Shown piece by piece: positions 39,231 through 50,179 of a stretch of DNA of 64,000 nt. Below the pieces are notes generated by a model. It was not told the DNA's origin. It did no database searches and was given only the letters and a program-made list of their open reading frames with translations. The stretch's first letter is position 1; every line of letters starts with the position of its first letter. This DNA comes from Octopus sinensis (Eukaryota). The position numbers and the translations under genes were made by a program. The DNA is taken from contig NC_043005.1 in NCBI RefSeq assembly GCF_006345805.1, forward strand, positions 58,218,001 to 58,282,000. Reading direction: 5' to 3'.

Positions 39231-42200
39231 GGTATAGACATGTGCCAAACAAGGTACAAGACAATGATCAGACCACAATCATCTGGGATATGTCTGTTCA
39301 AACCAACAAAGAAATAAAAACTAATTACTCAGACGTAATAATCAAGAATTGGGAAAGAAACACCTGCTTACTGATAGACATTGCAGTCTCTTCTGACCAA
39401 AATATTATCCAAAGAGAAGTAGAGAAATTGTCAAAGTACAAAGATTTCAAAATTGAAGTATTCAAGATGCATGGCATAAAGGTGAAAACAATACCAGTAA
39501 TAACTGTAGCATTGGGTATGATAAAAAATATAAGAACAAAATCGTAGAAGCTACACCTAGATCCTCAACACTACACACTATCCCAAAAATAGCCCTGCTA
39601 GGAAAAGCCCACATCCTACGCAAGACACTATCAATTCAATAATACAACCTAAACAAAACACAAGACACATTCTATACAGCAAGTATCCAATGAAAAAAAA
39701 CTACCACCAGCAAGCTAGATAGCCATAGCATTACATGCACAATACAACAAAAGATTGTGCCACACCTCAACAAAAAAAGAAAAACTGACACACTACAATA
39801 CTGGGAAGAGTTTGCTCACTCACAACAACAAAAATTGAACACACAATGCAACATGAAGGTTTAGGAGGGGAGGTGATGCAGTAAAAATTTGCCTGAAACT
39901 ACCAGATATTGAACAATAATAATAACAATAATAATAATAATAATAATAATGCCCTAATGCAGTACCAGGCAGTGGCTCTCATGGCTTCTGATCTTAACTG
40001 ATTGGAAGTGTTATCATGTACATTGTTTTGTCTTGGTATAAAATATGGGGCTACAGCAAATTTTTATACAATCTCAACAGTTTTCAGGTGTGTAGATAAG
40101 TTGATTACATCGACTCCAGTACTTGACGGGTACTTATTTTATCACCTTTGAAGGGATAAAAGGCCAAGTCAAACTAATATTCCTTTTTATTACAGGCACA
40201 AGCCCTGGGATTTCTTGGGAGGAGGATAGTCGATCACATCGACCCCAGTACTTGACCGGCACTTAATTTATCAACCCCAAAAGGATGAAAAGCAAACTTG
40301 ACCTCTCAGAATTTGAACTCAGCATGTAGCAATGGGCAAAATACTGCTAAGCATTTCATCCAGCATGCTAACAATTCTGCCTTAGTAATAATAATAATGA
40401 GTGTTTCTAATATAGCTACAGAATCAGCGATTTTGAGAGGAAGATGATAGTTGATAATGAATCCCAGTTCTTGACTGGTACTTTATTTTGTTGACCTCAG
40501 AAGGATAAAAGGCAAAGTTGTTTCCAGTGTGGTTTGAACTCATGTTGTATATAGTCAGAAGAAAAGACCATAGTCATTTTGTCTGGCAACCTAATAATTC
40601 TAATAGCTCTTTTACCTAATTGCTCTTTACTTTTGTACAAGGCCTGAAAATTTTGGAAAGGGTGTTGAATAAATCAACCACTGAATTTGACAAATAATTT
40701 ATTTTAATGACCGTAAAAAGATGGAAGGAAAAAAATTGGTGTTAGCAGGATTTGAACTCATAACAAATGACACGAGGCATTTTGGTTAATCCATTGTCTA
40801 TCAATTACTAAGCTAGACCAACACACTTAGCAATTTGTTCAGCAGTGCATATTCTTTTATATCTTTGGTTACTACTGAGTGTTTCTGTGCAGAAAACAAC
40901 ATGATTACTATGATTTCCATCTAAAACTCTGATATGTTTTGTTCAAATGGTTTAAAAAAAAAAAAAAAACGCTAATTTTAGTGAATTCCACTTTTTCATT
41001 TAAAGTCTTTAAATGATTTCTATTTGCCAAAATAAATGGTGATATTACAATCTATCATTTCATGTGTTAAATCATGAAATCTTTTTTGCATTTTGTCTTT
41101 CAGTTAATCTTGTAGAAACACCATTCTTAACAGTATCAAATTATATTTTTTTAAATAGAAAACTCATTTTTCTTTTACTTAAAAAAAAAAATTTTAATGG
41201 CTGCTATTTGTCAGAACAGATGGTGACATAATCATCTGTGTATTCATGTGATACATCTTAAGCTTCATTTTGTCTTTCAGTTGATCTCTTGTAAAAACAA
41301 GAACACTTTAGTGGATGAGTGAAGTATCATTGAGTTAGAAAAAGACAAACAATGATTTTCAGAGGTTGATGGAAAGAGAACTAACTAGTGGTGGATGCTG
41401 TGAAGAGAAACGGGATGATATAATTGGGTCCTGTGTTAGAGTAAAAAAAAAAAATGGATGTGAGTAGGTGAGAGGATTGATGGAAATGGATGTAGAAGAA
41501 AGTAGTGGAAAAAAATGACCCCAAAATATATGGCTGAAGATGATGAAAGAAATAAGGGAAAAGGGAGCTGTGAGGGGCATTGCAGATGAAACAGTAAAAT
41601 AGGGGAGGCAGTGATGGAGCCTGGAAGGCTTTAGTAGAGAATTGGCTTTAAAGCACTTGTTCTTATTGTAGGTAATCCTGTAAAATCACTATTCTTACCT
41701 GTGTCAACTTTTCTGGAATTTTGAAATAACAAGTGTTATTTTTGTTTGATTAATATTTAACTGTTTCAGTAATGAGACTGTGACCCCACTGAAGCTTTTT
41801 GTTTTTTTGTTTTGTTTTTATCAGTCATATTGACCCTATTTCTTGTTTTTAAATCTGGTATTAATTGATCTCTGACTGTTGAATCATTGAGTTATGAAAT
41901 ATAAACACTGACACTTTTCTTTTGAAAGCAGCAACGATGTGAAAATAGACATGAATAGAGACATGAGCACACACACACACACACACACATACACACACAC
42001 ACACACACATACACACACACCACACACACACACACACATGTTGGCATTAGGAAGGACATCCAGCCGTAAAAACTTTGCCGAATCAGACTGAAGTCTGGTG
42101 CAGCTTGCCAGCTCTGCTTAAACGATCCAACTGATGCCAGCATGGAAAACACACATTAAATGATGATATATTCAGACACACACACAAATATATATATGTG

Positions 42201-42272
42201 TGTGTATTCATGCATGTATATACATATATATATACATACATACATACATATATACATACATACATACATACA

Positions 42273-42306
<34 letters not shown>

Positions 42307-42618
42307 AAGTTAATCCAAACAAGAAAGCACAAAAAAGCACAACAACGCAAGGACGTAGAACAAATATAGTATTATTGGACGCTCAGGAAAGAAGGAAAGA
42401 AGGAAAGAAGGAAGGTTTAACGTTTTGAGCGGAGCTCTTCGTCGGAAACATAGGAGAAGGAAAGATCCAGAGAAGGGAAGACAGAGGAAAAAAAATCACC
42501 AACGGTACACACGAGGTCATATTGTAGGTAATTCTACATGAATAGAGACATGAACAAACACACACACACATGTTCGCATTAGGAAGGACATCCAGCCGAA
42601 AAAATACAATAAGGTCAC

Positions 42619-42654
<36 letters not shown>

Positions 42655-42716
42655 ATTAAAGAATTATTGTTAAATTATGCTACAATAGCTGCTGTCATTT
42701 GCAACAAGTACTGATA

Positions 42717-43162
42717 TCTCTTATTATAAAAGGCAGATTTTATCTGCCTCCCTTTGGGAGTTATACAAATCTACAATATAGGATTTCTTCAATTACAATT
42801 TACCTAGCAATTTTAAGAGTACAATGCATCGCGTCATGCCAGGTCCAGTTTTTAAAATTTAATCTCCAATTAAGCAAAATTTACAGAAAACTCACATTCT
42901 GGTGTGTGTGTCAAATGCTTTTCTTAGTCTGGTTTACACCACACGCAAACGCACACACACAGTGGGCAACGAATAAAGTGAAACTAGATGTAATATTAGT
43001 TTCTCTCTATCACGCTGATAGATACATGAGTAAAATGTATGGGAAGCTAACACATAAGTGTGAGTGAAAATGTTCTTGGAAGAGAGTAAATAGCCAGAGA
43101 TAGTGATTTGAGGAACACTCATACATACATACATACATACATACATACATACATACATACAT

Positions 43163-43193
<31 letters not shown>

Positions 43194-43260
43194 TACATAC
43201 ATACATACACACACACATACATACATACACACATACATACATACATACATATACATACAT

Positions 43261-43293
<33 letters not shown>

Positions 43294-43513
43294 GTATTGA
43301 AGCTTGAGAACAATCAGATACATTTGCAACACATCTGTTGAAAATATTATTGTTCACACACATACATATACATATATACATACAGACAGACAGACAGATA
43401 GACACACACACACACACACATGATCCAGCATGGCCACAACCTCAAGGCTGAAACATATAAAAGAATAACAGAATATAAATGTGTGCATGTGTGTGAGAGA
43501 GAGAGTGTGTATG

Positions 43514-43545
<32 letters not shown>

Positions 43546-43808
43546 TCTCTTATTATAAAAGGCAGATTTTATCTGCCTCCCTTTGGGAGTTATACAAATC
43601 TACAATATAGGATTTCTTCAATTACAATTTACCTAGCAGTTTTAAGAGTACAATGCATCGCGTCATGCCAGGTCCAGTTTTTAAAATTTAAACTCCAATT
43701 AAGCAAAATTTACAGAAAACATTCTGGTGTGTGTGTCAAATGCTTTTCTTAGTCTGGTTTACACCACACGCAAACGCACACACACAGTGGGCAACGAATA
43801 AAATGAAA
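42717..43808 (+). repeat. Near-identical ~265-bp direct repeat (42717-42983, 43546-43808) with a Helitron-like 5' end
   Basis: Both copies begin A|TCTCTTATTATAAAAGGCAGATTTTATCTGCC. No matching 3' hairpin-CTAG was found. Confidence 0.7.
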
Positions 43809-44058
43809 GTAATTGACTTACTGTAGTGAGTGATTCTTTCACTCTGCTTCCCACTTCCTCTTTCCACACATACACACGCAAATATATAAATAAAATTGTA
43901 AGCTAACGTGCGTGTGTGTGAGTGGGTGTGTGTGGGTGTGCGCGTGTGTGTGTGTGTGTGAGGGTGCGTGTGTGTGTGTGTGTGTGTGCGTGTGCGTGAG
44001 TGTGTGATAGGAAAGTTTTTTACGACGAATATAACACCTATATCCAAGTAGCAGAAAG

Positions 44059-44325
44059 ATAAGACAGTAAGGTGTGATTTGAGGGAGATTTGGCTGCTAT
44101 TTCTACCATGTCTAGCTGCCATGTAGGGGTCTCCCTCATAGGCTCATACATACATATATACATAGATAAGACAGTAAGGTGTGATTTGGGGGAAATTTGG
44201 CTGCTATTTCTACCAGGTCTAGCTACCATGTAGAGGTCCCCCTCATTGGCTCATATATATATACATACATAAGACAGTAAGGTGTGATTTGAGGGAGATT
44301 TGGCTGCTGTTTCTACCAGGTCTGT
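44059..44325 (+). repeat. 2.5 tandem copies of a ~106-bp unit
   Basis: GATAAGACAGTAAGGTGTGATTTG..TTTGGCTGCTATTTCTACC at 44059, 44165 and ~44270. Confidence 0.9.
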
Positions 44326-44681
44326 TAGGCCTTCTCATGTAAACTCAAGCTTTCTCATGCCTTAACCAAAGCAGAGAATGTATTCTTTTATTCTTCTGCT
44401 TTTTCCAGCCATTGGTCTGTGGCCATGCTGGGGCAATGCCTTGAAGAATTGTAGTTTAATGAATCAACTCCACTTTTATTTTTGTAAGCATTGTACTTAT
44501 TCTATCTGTTTCCTTTGTCAAACCACTAGGTGACAGGGATGTAAACAAACCAACATTCGTTGTCAAGCAGTGGTGGAGGACAATCACAAGCACAGACACG
44601 CACACACACACACATACATGCATACACATATACACACACACTACATACATACATACATATATATATATGTGTATATATATA

Positions 44682-44940
44682 TTGCAGCGTGGAAGGTGTT
44701 TGTAAGCCATTTAAGAAACACACAAAAACCGTTACATTCACTTCAACATTTAAATTTAATTTGCCAAAATATTTTCGTCGCTTTGAGACCGCGACCTGTT
44801 CACTGACAAAAATATCGCGCTAACAGGTCGCGGTCTCAAAGCGATGAAAATATTTTGACAAATTAAATTTAAATGTTGAAGTGAATCTAACGATTTTTGT
44901 GTGTTTCTTAAATGGCTTATAAACACCTTCAACGCTGCAA
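44682..44940. repeat. Inverted repeat, 119-bp arms and 21-nt spacer, (TA)n-flanked
   Basis: 44682-44800 is the reverse complement of 44822-44940, with few mismatches. Confidence 0.92.
44760..44810 (-). ncRNA. Candidate variant hammerhead ribozyme with G3:C8 core swap (H5)
   Basis: Minus strand: UUUGUCA-GUGAACA-G-GUCGC-GGUCUCAAA-GCGAC-GAA-AAUAUU-U-UGGCAAA. Helix I 7 bp, helix II 5 bp, palindromic helix III. Confidence 0.55.
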
Positions 44941-45104
44941 CTGTTTTCGTTCCAGCACACGATCTCAGATCAAGTCACTTGCTATGCGAGTACATCTCTG
45001 TAACTATATATATATATATTTATATATATATATATATATATTGGTAAAAACAGTAAGATAACAAAAGAAAGAAAGAGACCTCAATATTATGTAAATAGAG
45101 GAAA

Positions 45105-45498
45105 TCTTTATATATAAAAGTGAGGTTGTGTGTCTGTCTCCTACGATTTAGATTCCTAACTACTCCCACATTTTGCGGTGCAGTTTAACCAAAACCGGGT
45201 ATCTTATAGTCGTGATTCATATCGAGACCGTCTGGGTATTAGCGCGCGTCTACGATGAGTCTACGATTTAAAAAAAATTTACCATCAATTTTTCCCATTT
45301 TTAATCCATTTTTGACATATATAAGGGAAGTAACTCTCTAAAATTTATTATTAAATCTCAGAACGTAAAAAGCTACAGTAACACCCCTCCCCCTTTGTGG
45401 TTAGCCATATTGAGATGGCTATTATACTTTACATCTCTAAAATTGCTTATATAATTATTTCCCTTACAAACCCGAGCAACGCCGGGCGATACTGCTAG
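45105..45498 (+). mobile_element. Non-autonomous Helitron (394 bp)
   Basis: A|TC start (TCTTTATATATAAAA), 3' hairpin CCCGAGCAACGCCGGG, CTAG|T end. Confidence 0.88.
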
Positions 45499-45499
45499 T

Positions 45500-45950
45500 A
45501 TATATATAATAATGCGATTTTTTCAACAGCTTGAACTAAAAGTCAGAGGGGAATGGGATAAACTACTTATATTAACTTGCTATAAAAGCAGGTAGTAATT
45601 TTATCTTGTCCTTATTCATAGTGCAAGTTTTGAAGAGTGCATTTCGATTTTAACAGCTATTTTTTTCAAAGCTATATTGGAACAGCCTAGAAGACGAGCC
45701 TCATCCTGAAAGATCTGTAGAACTCGACAAGGACATTCTGAAAACCCTGGTGGAACAAAATCTCATCGTAACTGTTGAGGAACTAGCAGAGAAGCTTGGA
45801 TTTGGTCATTCAACCATTCATTGAGACCTGTGTGCTATCGGAAAAGTCAGCAAATTGGGTCAATGGGTTCCTCACGAACTTTCCGAGTCTAATTGCATGC
45901 AGAGAGTGAATGTATGCTTTTCTTTGCTGTCACATCTCACCACTATTGCG
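45500..45950 (+). mobile_element. Mariner transposase N-terminal fragment
   Basis: SLEDEPHPERSVELDKDILKTLVEQN..TVEELAEKLG.GHSTIH*DL..GKVSKLGQWVPHELS. Confidence 0.85.
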
Positions 45951-45959
45951 CTATGTATA

Positions 45960-46596
45960 TCTATATATATAAAACTGTAGTTGTGTGAGTGTCTGTCCCC
46001 TTCGATTTAGATTCCTAACTACTCCCACATTTTGCGGTGCAGTTTAACCAAATTCGGGTAGCTTATAGTCGTGATTCATATCGAGCCCGTCTGAGTATTA
46101 GCGCGCGTCTACGATGAGTCTACGATTTTAAAAATAATTTAACATCATTTTTTATTCCATTTTAATGCATAATTTTTCGTGTGTCGATGGCGGCAGAGTT
46201 GGCGTCCACGCTCACACCTGCACCTGTGGGGAAGGGAGTGTAAGGAAATCAACGTCGTAATGCGTTGTCAAGGAGACCAGCGTTCTTTTAGAACAACGAC
46301 TTCATGGCTTGAAAACACCAAAACAGAAATGGCTAAGAAAGCGTCTACATGAGTCTACGATTTAAAAAAAAATTTACCATCGTTTTTTTTCCATTTTAAT
46401 GCATTTTTTCGCTATTATATAAGGGAAGTAACTCTCTAAAAATGTCTATGATGAGTCAACGATTTTTCAAAAAATTTACCATCATATTTTTTCCATTTTT
46501 AATGCATTTTTTGCTATTTTTTGGCTATAACTCTCTAAAAATGCTTATATAGTTATTTCCCTTACAAACCCGAGCAACGCCGGGCGATACTGCTAG
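45960..46596 (+). mobile_element. Non-autonomous Helitron, longer variant (637 bp) of the same family
   Basis: Same termini as 45105-45498. Carries an extra ~170-bp GC-richer segment (~46170-46340) between duplicated GCGTCTAC(G)ATGAGTCTACGATT motifs. Confidence 0.88.
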
Positions 46597-47127
46597 TTAC
46601 ACTATAATGCCTTCTAACACACAAGTGGATCAAACCATGAAGGACAATGAATTCATAAATAAAACCTCCCAATTGTTTCACTGTATTATGAAACAGTAAC
46701 CTTTCAATTGGTTACCCAGTACAACAGCAATGAAGCCACTTGCGCCATAGTGACTAAACTATTTGCATAATAGTGACTAAGCTACTTGAAACAAAGCAAG
46801 TAAGCCAGTTGATTTAATTGAAACTGTTACAGCGAAAAGGTTAATTAAGCTGAATAATTAGAGTTCAATTAAATGAAACAGTTGAGGACTAAATTACGAC
46901 TGAATGCAGACAACGTTTATGGATTTAACACTACTGTAAATTAATTGGTTACTCACTAATAATTCTCTTTTATATGTCCTTTGTGTCTGAAATCCACATT
47001 TAGTTTAAATAAATAAATTAGACGAGCAAATGAAGCTGTTGCTACACAGTTGCTGATTCTGCTAGAAATAGCTGACAAGTTTCTCGGAAATTATTAAAGT
47101 TAAGACAGAAAGTTTAAATGTTGTATA

Positions 47128-47481
47128 GGCGCAGACATGGCTGTGTGGTAAGAAGTTCACTTCCCAACTACATGGCTCTGAGTTCAGTCCTACTGTGTGG
47201 CACCATTGTCAAACGTCTTTTACTATAATCTCAGGAGTGACCAAAACCTTGTGAGTGGATTTGGTAGATGGAAACTGAAAGAAGCCCATGATATATATAT
47301 GTATGTGTGTGTCTTTGTGTCTGTGTTTTTTCCCCACCAGTGCTTGACAACCGATGTTGGTGTGTTTACGTACCTGTAACTTAGCAGTTCAGCAAAGAGA
47401 CTGATAGAATAAGTACCAGGCTTAAAGAAATATATATTAAGTACTGGGATCATTTTTTTCAGCTAAAAATTCAAGGTGGTG
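47128..47481 (+). mobile_element. SINE family A
   Basis: Matches the 51687 copy. Confidence 0.85.
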
Positions 47482-48075
47482 AAAAAAGTAAAGGAGATAT
47501 TATATAATCTATAAAAATACCAAGACAAAAATCTTTCTATCCATAGCTCTGATGGTTCAGGACTTTCTTGAAGCTTTTGTAACTGTTTTACAAGATTATC
47601 GAAACATTTTGCGGCATTTTGGGAGGGTTACTGTTCTAATAAAAACACTTGCACTGATTATAGTTTTTTTTTTATATGTATTTTACTTGAACTGTAGGAT
47701 TCATAAGGTTGGTTTGGTTATCCAATTTCCATGGCATATAAGTGATTGAAATCACCACATGCCCCTGAATGGGATACCAGTCCATTGCAGGACTCAAAGC
47801 CAACAACCTTTTATGGGAGGGGACCAGTAGGTTACATCAACCCTGTACTTGACTGGTATTTTATTTTGTTGACCCTGAAGGGCTGAAAGACAAAATTGAC
47901 CTCAGCAGGATCTGAACTCAGAATGTAAAGAGCTACAAGAAATGCTGATAAGCATTTTGTCTGACATACACTTTCACACTTTTACACAATATAAATTTTT
48001 ATTTTTTACACTTTTACTTAACATAAATTTTTATTTTTCAAAATGATACTAAACTAACAGGTAAAAATTATTAAT

Positions 48076-48502
48076 TTATAATCAGGGTAGGAGATAGTAC
48101 ACAGCATTGCTAGAAATAAGAGTCAAAACTGGTCAAAACCATAGTTATCACTTATATACACTGGTGAATTCAAGGTAAACAAGTAAATATAAAAGCCAAC
48201 TAGCCATAGCAATTAAAAATCACCAATGAATTTACAGTTATACTCGTATCACATCATTTTAAACCTTGTGATAAACACTTAGTTCGTATCAGAAATATTA
48301 CTGCGTAGACGACTAGGCAAATTACATGATACGAGTGTGACTGTAGATTCATTTGCGATTTTTAATTGTTATGGTTAATTGGCTTTTATATTTACTCATT
48401 TTCCTTGAATTCACCAGTGTGTATTAGTGATAACTGTGTTTGTGACCAGTTTTGACTCTAATTTCTAGCAATGCTGTGTACTATTTCCTACCCTGATTGT
48501 AA
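48076..48502. repeat. Inverted repeat, ~176-bp arms and ~75-nt spacer, followed by (TA)n
   Basis: 48076-48251 is the reverse complement of 48327-48502, with scattered mismatches. Confidence 0.88.
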
Positions 48503-48583
48503 TATATATATATATATATATATATATTACATATCACTATATGTTTGTGTATACATAAATATATATATATATATCATCATCAT

Positions 48584-48634
<51 letters not shown>

Positions 48635-49364
48635 CACACACACACATATATATAAACATATATATATATATACATACACTGATATATATATATATATATA
48701 TATACTTATATATAACTTATATATATGTATATATGTGTGTGTGTGAATATATGTATATGTGTGTGTGTGTTTATGTGCATGTGTATATATATGTTTATAT
48801 CTACAAATGCACACACATATTTATGTATGTGTGTGTGTACATATAGGTATATGTGTGTATATATAGGTATATGTGTGTATATACACACACACATATTTAA
48901 CTTCATGTAAATACATTACTGCTCTAGCTTTTAGTGTATGCTTCTTTTACAGATATATGATCCACTGACGATATATATATATATATATACTCAAGTATGT
49001 ATAAACTTATCATGGCTTCTATGCACTTTTCTCATGTCTTGGTATATTTTGTCATAGGTGAACAGGTCTTCTGCAACACCACATATACAAGTCAGTCATC
49101 TCTTGTTTGAGATGCAGCATCAACAGGTAAGCCTTCACCACTTCATCCTAAGGCTTGCTTGGTTTCACTCTTCTGCATATTCTACTACCTTGCATTGCTA
49201 GATGCTACCTTCCTTCTGCACCAATCATCATCTATATGCATAGCTTGCTTGTACAAATGCATTTTCCTCTCTTGCACATTGCACTTCATTCCTCTTGTAC
49301 AACATTATCCTCTCAGCTTATTTTTTACTCCAGCATTACTCATTTTTTACTCATGCACACTAAG

Positions 49365-49472
49365 ACGGATAGTCCGTGGTCCAGGGTACATGTTGACAAT
49401 ACTGGACCAGTAAAAGATGCATACTACTTGGACATTGCCGATAGCTTTACCAAGTGGTCAGAAGTTTGTTAG
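49365..49472 (+). mobile_element. Gypsy-type integrase fragment
   Basis: PWSRVHVDNTGPVKDAYYLDIADSFTKWSEV matches the PW.R.H.D.AGP...Y.L..VD.FSKWPEV motif. Confidence 0.75.
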
Positions 49473-49650
49473 GTACAGTCAGCCTTAAATATTACATATC
49501 TATTGGAGCAGATTACTTTCATTTTTGTTCTTTAGTCTTATTCTGTATTCAAAGCTCATATCTAGCTACCATGCACCATTGCAGTTCTAACACCTGTGAT
49601 ATACAACCTGCCCTTCAATCCAAGGGAAAAGACCTTCACTGCCTGCTGTG

Positions 49651-50179
49651 ATAACGAGTATTTGCCACCCTACATATATGTATCTTATGAATATGTTCTT
49701 AGCATTCTCGAAGTTTCAGCTCGGCATTGTATCTATTGCTGACTGTAAATGCACCTGTGTGTGATATTTGAAAAATTATAACATATAATGATGGGACACG
49801 TGTTATCTTGTCTCTGAATTATAAGTTAGTTGTTTAGGCCGGTTACTGACGAGAATTTGCCTGGTGGATAATATGGTCTTGCTAAATTATCTATTAAAAG
49901 ATGGCAAGTAATATTATTTGTTAAAGAAATTTGAAACCATGGTATAACCATTAAATAACAGGGTAAAGGCTTTTATTTTTCATCTAATTCGAAATTTGCT
50001 ATTAAATTGTGGTTTTTGGCCGTGTTGGTTGCTATTTCTAGCATGTAAAAATTACCTGTTAAAGGGTAATTTTCTATTTTGAAATATGAATATGTTGTCT
50101 GTTGACTATTTATACATGCTGGGCCACTGGTGGTAATATTTATAACGAGTATTTGCCACCCTATATATATGTATCTTAT
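49651..50179 (+). mobile_element. 491-bp hammerhead-containing unit with 38-bp terminal redundancy (retrozyme/pLTR-like)
   Basis: ATAACGAGTATTTGCCACCCTAYATATATGTATCTTAT at 49651-49688 and 50142-50179, with a hammerhead motif inside. Confidence 0.65.
49841..49949 (+). ncRNA. Minimal type-I hammerhead ribozyme motif (H6)
   Basis: GGUUA(49841)-CUGACGA(49846-49852)-GAAUUU-(68 nt, itself a hairpin)-AAAUUU-GAA(49933)-ACCAUGGU(49936-49943)-A-UAACC(49945-49949). Confidence 0.78.

Larger units (their letters stand above)
37170..39915 (+). mobile_element. Second R4/Dong-clade copy, interrupted by a DD37D transposon and a SINE, ending at (AAT)n
   Basis: KWREKSLHGQY..QWLKSSG..EIEGLI..QDQ..MC....KVDHITSGCPVL (to 37637) resumes YRHDQV..VHWTICQHY (38900). 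After the SINE it continues IIWDMSVQTNKEIK..DVII..LIDIAV..KLSKYKD..IPV..ALG. (AAT)n at 39918-39950. Confidence 0.88.
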
